Shown piece by piece: positions 17,463 through 23,909 of a stretch of 23,909 nt of DNA. The notes beneath the pieces are model-generated. The model saw only the letters and a program-made list of their open reading frames with translations. It did no database searches and had not been told where the DNA came from. The position numbers and the translations under genes are program-made. Positions within the stretch are counted from its first letter, which is position 1; each line of letters starts with the position of its first letter. This DNA comes from Candidatus Poribacteria bacterium (GTDB lineage: Bacteria > Poribacteria > WGA-4E > UBA9662), in assembly GCA_046582655.1 (NCBI GenBank), contig JAYGDX010000019.1, positions 1-23,909 on the forward strand, in the 5' to 3' direction.

Positions 17463-17501
17463 CTAGAAACTTTTGATGTTGGCCCAAGTGGTAGTGGTTT
17501 T
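17463..17501 (-). pseudogene. Orphan C-terminal tail KTTTTWANIKSF-stop
   Basis: Matches the KL.TTW..IK-stop tail that I recall as common on secreted Poribacteria proteins. A terminator follows, but no gene body lies upstream. Confidence 0.55.
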
Positions 17502-17659
17502 ATGAATACTAAAGATATTTATTCCGGTATAAAAAGGCTAATCTTGGAAAATAAACTGCAGCCGGGGAAAAAATTAATCAGCAGGAGATGGCCGATCGTT
17601 TTCAAACCAGCAGAACTCCAATTGTAAATGTTGCGTACCGAGCTGTTGAACCAGCTTAG
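17502..17659 (+). pseudogene. GntR-family winged HTH N-terminal remnant
   Basis: MNTKDIYSGIKRLILENKLQPGKKL / (frameshift) QQEMADRFQTSRTPIVNV matches I...L.PG.KL.E..LA..F..SRTP. No effector domain. Confidence 0.75.
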
Positions 17660-18706
17660 GCTTTCTGATGTTAACATGATGTAAAATATCCTTCAAATCC
17701 ATCTGTTTACCCGTCCTCATTAGAGGTTGGATATAAGTGCTTATATAGTTGTGTAGTTGTTGTTTAGTCCGCTAATGAACGGAAGACCCATCAGCCATAG
17801 TGGGATTGTGATTCATCTAAAGCCATCCTCATGCTATCTAGCACAGATCCGGTTGAACTGAACTGCGCTCTACTTCAAGATAGGCAGTTTTTGGGTATAG
17901 AAACGAGTGCATAGGACACCTGCTCTCCAGATTGAGTTCGTATACTCATAATAGGATGCATGTGTTTTGAATTCAAGATTTTTGTTTTTTTTACATTCCG
18001 AAGCATTTCAGTATTCATATGGCAAGTTTCATGTTAATAGAAATGCATTAGGTAGGGTAAAGAGGTGAGTCAGTCAGAGCCCGCAACGCAGAAAATTAAC
18101 TCACCCACACCTATCTGAATTCTAGTTTAAACCAGTATGGGTGAGTTATGTTGCTTTTGGTTCTTAGCTTCTAGCTGGGAGGTATTGTCAAGTTTGGATA
18201 TCATCGTAGCGGCAGTAGTATATTTCCGCCTACTGAGAAGGTTACTATTTCCAAAGGAAGCTGGTGGTAACCGAATGGAGATGAACTGGTCTTTGTCGGA
18301 GCTGAACAAGCTGACTCCGACGGTGCAAGGTTTGAAGGATGACCCGGAAGGATGTGCCTGTGTGGTGGACAAAACTGATGTCTGGAAGTACACAGGCAAC
18401 ATAGACCTGCTGGTGGATCTGTGTACTAAGCATTGACAAAGTCCTGAAGTAGCTAGCCTATATTTAAGTTAAAAACTAAAATACAACTGTTAGATTGTGA
18501 ATATTTCTTACTTTAATGGTGGGTGTCTTCTAGCTTTAATCTCGTACGGGATATGCGACGGGGTATGTTACATTTGCTAGATAGGGCTCTCAGGCTGCAA
18601 TTCAACGATAGGTCACCTAATTGGGCTACTGTCGGTTGAAAGGAAAGTGGCAATGGTGCCAAAATGCTGATGCCAGAGTTTTCTACTTTTCAGTCTCTGC
18701 TATTCT

Positions 18707-18715
18707 TGCTATAAT
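18707..18715 (+). promoter_or_regulatory. Putative extended -10 promoter
   Basis: TGcTATAAT about 110 bp upstream of the PQQ-like gene start. Confidence 0.35.
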
Positions 18716-18826
18716 TCGCTCAATCTTCAATAGTGTAAAATTGCTAGGGGATTGACGGATCAATCACTCTAGATTTTTGCCGAGGTGGTGAATACTGAAT
18801 CTCGAAGTCTTTTCAAGGAGCGAACG

Positions 18827-20173
18827 ATGATGCGATACCTGCTTGCGTTGGGAATGCTGGTTACGGTGATGAGTGGTCTGTGGGCTGAGGAGACTGTCAA
18901 CTGGCCGCAATTCCGCGGGCCGGGCGCCCGGGGTGTGGCTGAAGGAAAAGGACTTCCAGCTACCTGGAGCACGACGAAAAACGTGAAGTGGAGCGTCCCA
19001 GTTCCCGGTAGGGGCTGGTCCTCGCCGGTCATCTGGGGAGACAAGGTCTTCCTGAGCTCGGCGGTCAGCGCCGGCAAGGAGAAGGTAGTCAAGAAAGGGC
19101 TCTATTTCGGCGGCAATGAGAAGAATCCCTCGCCCAACTACCATCGTTGGATGGTCTACTGCTTCAGCTTCGAGAGCGGAAAGAAGCTCTGGGAGCGTGA
19201 GGCCGACGTGGGCAAGCCACTCACGCCCAGGCATATCAAGAACAACTACGCTCCCGAGACTCAGGTGACCGATGGTGACTTGGTCTATACTTACTTCGCC
19301 GATCAGGGACTCTTCGCGCACGACCTTGATGGGAAGCTGAAGTGGAAGCGGGGGATGAAGGCTTACAAGACGCGCTACAATTGGGGTGGCGCCGCCTCAC
19401 CCGCCCTGCATGGCGACTTCATCTACATTCTCAACGATAACGAGCAGAGTTCCTTCATCGAGGCCATTGACAAGAAGACGGGCGAGACCTCCTGGCGCAG
19501 GGATCGGGACGAGAAGAGCAACTGGTCGACCCCGTTCGTCTGGGAGAACCCTCTTCGGACCGAGATCATCACCCCAGGAACTGGCAAGACCCGCTCCTAC
19601 GGGCTCGATGGGACCCTCCTCTGGGAGCTCGTAGCCGATATGTCGTCGATCACCATCGCCACGCCCTTCACCGCCCATGGACTTCTCTACGTCACCTCCG
19701 GTTATGTCGGTGATGAACGCAAGCCGATCTATGCCATCCACCCCGGTGGCAAGGGAACAATCAACCTGAAGAAGGAGGGGCCAGTCGACAAGTCCATCGC
19801 CTGGAGACAGCCCAAAGCGGCTCCCTACAATCCCTCAACCCTGGCCTACAAGGACTTGCTCTATGTGCTCTATGATTTCGGGTTCTTCGCCTGCTTCGAT
19901 GCGAAGACCGGTGAGGAAGTCTACGGCAAGGTGCGGGTGAGGGAGCACCAGCGAACCCCCTTCACCTCATCGCCCTGGGCCTACGACGACAAGGTGTTCT
20001 GCCTGAGCGAAGATGGCGATTGCTTCGTCTACAGGGCTGGTCGCAAGAATGAGCTTCTGTACGTCAATAAGCTCGATGAATTGTGCATGGCGACACCGGG
20101 CATGGCGCGTGGGAGCCTCTTCATCAGAACCGTCTCGAAGCTCTACAGGATTTCCGAGGAGGAGCCATTATAA
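18827..20173 (+). CDS. Secreted PQQ-binding-like (BamB-like) beta-propeller protein
   Basis: RBS AAGGAG before the ATG at 18827, signal peptide MMRYLLALGMLVTVMSGLWA, then NWPQFRG, NVKWSVPVPGRGWSSPVIWGD, WSTP, FTSSP, LFIRT..LYRI. Confidence 0.93.
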   Translation: MMRYLLALGMLVTVMSGLWAEETVNWPQFRGPGARGVAEGKGLPATWSTTKNVKWSVPVPGRGWSSPVIWGDKVFLSSAVSAGKEKVVKKGLYFGGNEKNPSPNYHRWMVYCFSFESGKKLWEREADVGKPLTPRHIKNNYAPETQVTDGDLVYTYFADQGLFAHDLDGKLKWKRGMKAYKTRYNWGGAASPALHGDFIYILNDNEQSSFIEAIDKKTGETSWRRDRDEKSNWSTPFVWENPLRTEIITPGTGKTRSYGLDGTLLWELVADMSSITIATPFTAHGLLYVTSGYVGDERKPIYAIHPGGKGTINLKKEGPVDKSIAWRQPKAAPYNPSTLAYKDLLYVLYDFGFFACFDAKTGEEVYGKVRVREHQRTPFTSSPWAYDDKVFCLSEDGDCFVYRAGRKNELLYVNKLDELCMATPGMARGSLFIRTVSKLYRISEEEPL

Positions 20174-20174
20174 C

Positions 20175-20296
20175 CCCTTCTGGATGGTAGAAATATACTG
20201 CCAAGTATGAACGTAGTTGTATCCCACGACGGCTCCCACCTGTGAGGGTATCAAGTTATAGTCAAACATGGAAGTATATCCCACCATCCAGAAGGG
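20175..20296. repeat. 122-bp long inverted repeat, MITE-like
   Basis: CCCTTCTGGATGGT (20175-20188) and ACCATCCAGAAGGG (20283-20296) are a perfect 14-bp inverted pair, extending imperfectly inward to about 35 bp. Confidence 0.7.
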
Positions 20297-20471
20297 ATGT
20301 AGCCTGAGATAGACGGGTCGGTCACCAGCCGATTTGCCTTGTGTCATTGTGTGCCCGCACTATTTGTGAGAACCGATTCCTGATGGCGAACCCACCGCTT
20401 TACCCCGATGCGGCAATCGTGATAGAATGCCATAGCTAGTCCAACAACTTGAGGCTCAGAGGGTAACTGGG

Positions 20472-20569
20472 ATGTCGGACGTATTATCTCCTATTCCCGC
20501 AAAGATATCCAGTTCACTCAACGCTTGCACCATGAACTGGAAGGCAGAGACCGTGAGCCTTTAATTGAC
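20472..20569 (+). pseudogene. TIR_2 domain N-terminal remnant
   Basis: ATG TCG GAC GTA TT- ATC TCC TAT TCC CGC AAA GAT reads MSDV(F)ISYSRKD if one missing base is restored, then IQFTQRLHHELEGRDREPLID. GAGGG lies upstream as a possible RBS. Confidence 0.75.
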
Positions 20570-20599
20570 GCTAATTGTAAGTCAGAAGAGGAGAAAACC

Positions 20600-21586
20600 T
20601 TGCGCGCTTTAATGATTCAACTTCAAGCCGATGGGAAACGGGAGAAAGTCCTGGTTGACGATTGGGCCGATTTGCCACCAATCAAGGAAGATCAAGTTCG
20701 AACTGAGACTTTGCTCTCAGGACTAACTAACGGAACCGAACGTAATGGACTGATCGGCGGGAACTATGCGCCGTCGGATCGGTCGTTGCCAACAGGCAGT
20801 GGTTACCAAAATGTGGGCTGTGTAATTGAGGTGGGTTCTGAAGTAGACGACTTAGAAGTCAGTGATGTGGTCTATTCCAGTCAAGGTCACTACGGATACT
20901 GTACCTTACGCCCCCACAAATTGGAAAACCTGATGCCGCATGAGCGACATGACGGGTTGCTCATCAAACTGGATCCTCGGGTCGATCCAACCCATGCAGC
21001 CCTCTTTGGCGTAGCTTCTGTGGCCATGCGCTGTTGCCGTAACGCCGATTTGCGGATGGGCGAGCGTTTCTTGGTCATAGGTGCTGGGATGGTCGGCCAA
21101 ATGGCAGCTCAGATCGGTAACGCTATGGGGGCACATGTTACTATTTGTGACATCGACCAAAAACGGCTCGATATTGCGGAATCGGCGGGCGCTGTCGAAG
21201 TGACCGTCAATGTCAGCGAAGACGGTTGGGAACAGCAAATCGAAGATGCCAGTTATGACACTATTCTAGATGTAGCGGGTGTGGTCGGTATGGAAGACAA
21301 ACTGATTCGGGCGACCAAACACGGTGGTTCCATCTTGTTCATTGCGGGACGGTTCAAGGTTGAATACACCTTCAACTTAGGCCAGCACCGTGAGATCAAC
21401 ATCAAGCAAAACAGTCACTTTGACAAAGATGACTTAGACAATCTGCAACGATTGGTGGCTAGAGGCGTAGTCAACATGGCACCGCTGATTCTAGATATCG
21501 TACCTGTATTGGAAGCCAAGCCGATTTATGACCGTTTACGGGATCAGCCACAAGAACTGCTGGGTACAGTTTTTGACTGGAGATAA
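20600..21586 (+). CDS. Medium-chain (zinc-binding alcohol dehydrogenase family) oxidoreductase
   Basis: SGLTNGTE, GYQNVGCVIEVG and Rossmann VIGAGMVG. Start reassigned to the TTG at 20600 after GAGGAG, because the track start at 20525 lies inside the TIR remnant. Confidence 0.88.
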   Translation: MRALMIQLQADGKREKVLVDDWADLPPIKEDQVRTETLLSGLTNGTERNGLIGGNYAPSDRSLPTGSGYQNVGCVIEVGSEVDDLEVSDVVYSSQGHYGYCTLRPHKLENLMPHERHDGLLIKLDPRVDPTHAALFGVASVAMRCCRNADLRMGERFLVIGAGMVGQMAAQIGNAMGAHVTICDIDQKRLDIAESAGAVEVTVNVSEDGWEQQIEDASYDTILDVAGVVGMEDKLIRATKHGGSILFIAGRFKVEYTFNLGQHREINIKQNSHFDKDDLDNLQRLVARGVVNMAPLILDIVPVLEAKPIYDRLRDQPQELLGTVFDWR

Positions 21587-21700
21587 TTATGAATCTAATC
21601 TAACGAATCGATAGAACCCATTTTAGCAAACTACCCGCCGAGGCCGTTGGGTATTGATTGTTTTTTGTCTGATAGTGGATTAGCCACGGCGGTACATACG

Positions 21701-21748
21701 AAGCGTCGGATAATTTTCCAGCGTAAGCCTCGGATAATTTTCCAGCGC
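21701..21748 (+). repeat. 24-bp tandem repeat, two copies with two mismatches
   Basis: AAGCGTCGGATAATTTTCCAGCGT followed by AAGCCTCGGATAATTTTCCAGCGC. Confidence 0.9.
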
Positions 21749-21754
21749 AAAAGA

Positions 21755-22355
21755 CTAGCTTCCAAAACAACGTAACATAGTACTACATCCCACCATCAAG
21801 TGCCACTTACCATCAGCCTCCAAATCGACGATGGTGGGAGTCGCTGTGCCATGAACATCCAGTGGTTTCTCTTCCACCGTCATCAGTTGTTGCACACTGG
21901 TGAGATAGTAATCCGAACCGTTCTGGCAAAAGCAAAGCATCCATACACTACCGTGTGGTTGGCCTTCTTTCCACCTTCCATTGGCATCATAGCTTTTGTT
22001 CAGACCTATGGTGGGAACTTGGTGGTTATCCCAGAATGAGATCGAATCGGGCCAATATTGGCTCCAATCATCACAACCAACCAAGGCGCCCATCCATCAT
22101 TCAATGGTACAAATTCAATCTGGGTAATTGAGCCAGGGAGTTGTCGACCCGATTCTTGTTTAATGTTCAGCTGGCCTGCATATTGGAATTCCGGGATTGG
22201 GGTACCACCAATATTTTCCCACAAATGGAATCCTTGTTTCAAAGTAATCTTGTTTCAAAGTAATCAAATCTAGCGCGCCGTCTCCCATCTTCACGCAAAT
22301 ACCACATCCCAGCACCAAATTGGGCCGAGCCGTAGACTATCAAATCGAAACCATG
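21755..22355 (-). pseudogene. Fragmented FG-GAP-like repeat gene
   Basis: Pieces GFDLIVYG, GDGALDLITLKQ, FHLWENIGGTPIPEF and ATPTIVDLEADGKWHLMVG in shifting frames. Confidence 0.65.
22233..22264 (+). repeat. 16-bp perfect tandem duplication causing a frameshift
   Basis: CTTGTTTCAAAGTAAT twice (22233-22248, 22249-22264), inside the FG-GAP remnant. Confidence 0.95.
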
Positions 22356-22497
22356 TCTGCGGGCTAAACTAAGTAGACTAGTTAATATGCAGAGAGCCAA
22401 GACCATTAAAAACATATGAGGTAATTCCGGCTATTGCCTTGCTGGTTGAAACATGAATTCTTCAAGAATAGTAGCCTATTGCGCAGTCGATAAGTGG

Positions 22498-23749
22498 TTA
22501 GTTGGAGGAAACATAGGAAACTGTTTCTGTCAATTCAATATGGCCCTGAAGTTGATCCCAAAGGTGCCAAGCGGGACGCATTTGGGCTTCTGAATACAAT
22601 GGCATCTGGTCTGAATAGTGAATTGAAGTCGGTTTCAACGACTGTCCATAAGGAACAACGGAATAGGCTTCTATGGGCTCAGTTAATTTGACCACCGTTG
22701 TGACGACTTGACTACCCCTGAATATAAATTTGCCCTCTGGGGTTAGCACCCCAGTACCTGTGGAGTGCATGCATTCAGAGTTATTTAGGCCAGCGTCGCC
22801 ATCGAGGGACAGGTCGATGGCAGCGCAAACGCAGGATTTCGCCCCAAGGGACCAGCGCGCTAGTATGGTACTTCTGCAGTTTTTTTACCGCAGAAACGAG
22901 GGCGGTTGCCGCGTCACGCTGCTCCTTCTCCGTTTTGGGGAAAGTATCCGCTTGTTCCTCGCCAAGAGCAGCCGGATACTTTTCAGCGTAAGCTATCCTC
23001 CAAAACCGAAATAACGTGGCACCGACGCTCTCCTTGGTGATCAGCCCATTCCATTCGCGGACAGCTTTTGCCGCCTGATCTAGTTCCCGGGGGGCATTCA
23101 CTATCTCTTCTCGGTATCTGTCATAGGCTACCATCAAGGGGTGCTGCCAAAATCGCGTGGCTAGAGTGAATGTATCAAATGCCAGATTGGTGGCGTCGGT
23201 CAGCGTAAAATCTTTGGCTTTGGATAGCACCTCCAAACTCCGGGTTCCCCGTCCCCGCCATTTGGCCCCGTAATGACCGAAAAACACACCGGGCGGAAAA
23301 TCTTCTGCTTTCATCTTTAAACCTGTGGTTGTCTGGTCGGCTGACGTGTTGCAACTCTGAACGAATCCAGTTGTTGGGTTGTGAACTTGCGGTAGTTGAG
23401 CCAAAGCAACTACCCCCTGCCACAGTGTTTTGGAAGTCGTTCCATCCAGTGCCAGGAACTCACCCGGACGTACTGGCCGAATTGGACAGCAACCCAACTG
23501 GATATATCCAAAATCTCCCTCGGCTGTTCCATAGCAAAAGTTGAACCAGGGTAATCGATCTAGTTCCATGGCTTCCATAAGCTGATCTTGGATTCTGGCC
23601 AAATTCATGCGCCAGAATTGTTCGGCATGGCGGGTATCACGCCAGCCGCAGAGGGCAGCGGCAAAGAAACGACCGTTCTTCTCCTTAAAAACAGGTCCAT
23701 GAACGGTGTAGCGAAAACGAGCGGAACTTGGCCCTCCGATGCATGGAAT
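22498..23749 (-). pseudogene. Penicillin acylase family (peptidase S45, Ntn hydrolase) pseudogene, C-terminal part only
   Basis: RYTVHGPV, QFWRMNLA, FNFCYG, LPQVHNPTTGFVQSCN, VPWGE, a frameshift near 22820, then YGQS...HYSDQ..LY. An in-frame TGA lies at 23750-23752, and no alpha subunit or catalytic Ser region is seen upstream within the window. Confidence 0.85.
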
Positions 23750-23909
23750 TCACTACTTTGGGCCGCTTCAGTTCTTCATGGCGGCAGCAGGAAGTCGCAA
23801 ACTCGCAAATCAGACATTGACAGCCGCCGCCCCATTTTGGACGTTCACGAAACAATTCAGAAATCATCCTATGCCGTATATACTTGAAAGCTTCAAATTG
23901 GCAGATAGG

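Noticed and set aside
17731..17746. Palindrome ATATAAG-tg-CTTATAT as an operator
   Set aside because: AT-rich, single copy and not next to an intact gene start.
18127..18439. Three overlapping short ORFs
   Set aside because: No recognisable motif or clear RBS, and I cannot choose a frame.
18764..19741. Antisense ORFs over the PQQ-like gene
   Set aside because: Expected shadows of a high-GC coding sequence.
21701..21748. CRISPR mini-array
   Set aside because: The two copies are directly adjacent with no spacer, and no cas genes are present.

Overview
A 23.9 kb bacterial accessory region, probably from Candidatus Poribacteria. This is inferred from a Poribacteria-style LamG remnant, a 'KxTTTWAxIK-stop' C-terminal remnant, and the mix of sulfatase, PhyH and FG-GAP genes. 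Apparently intact genes: DUF1501 (runs off the left edge), a membrane protein, two Cys-type sulfatases, a PhyH-type 2OG-Fe(II) dioxygenase, an 876-aa FG-GAP protein, an unassigned 620-aa protein, a 2-keto-4-pentenoate hydratase-like enzyme, a clan GH-A-like putative glycosidase, a high-GC PQQ-like beta-propeller and an MDR dehydrogenase. The spacers hold about a dozen decayed genes or fragments: DUF1800, LamG, PL2-like, two FG-GAP, cyclase, Kelch, sulfatase, GntR, TIR, a TTW tail and a penicillin acylase. The most notable non-coding signals are a 60-bp integron attC-like site directly after the AT-rich hydratase gene (no integrase in the window), a 122-bp MITE with 17-bp TIRs and an AAT target duplication, and a second 122-bp hairpin element after the PQQ gene. 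I see no rRNA, tRNA, CRISPR array, integrase or transposase, and cannot support a complete novel system. All family calls come from motif recognition by eye, not from database searches.
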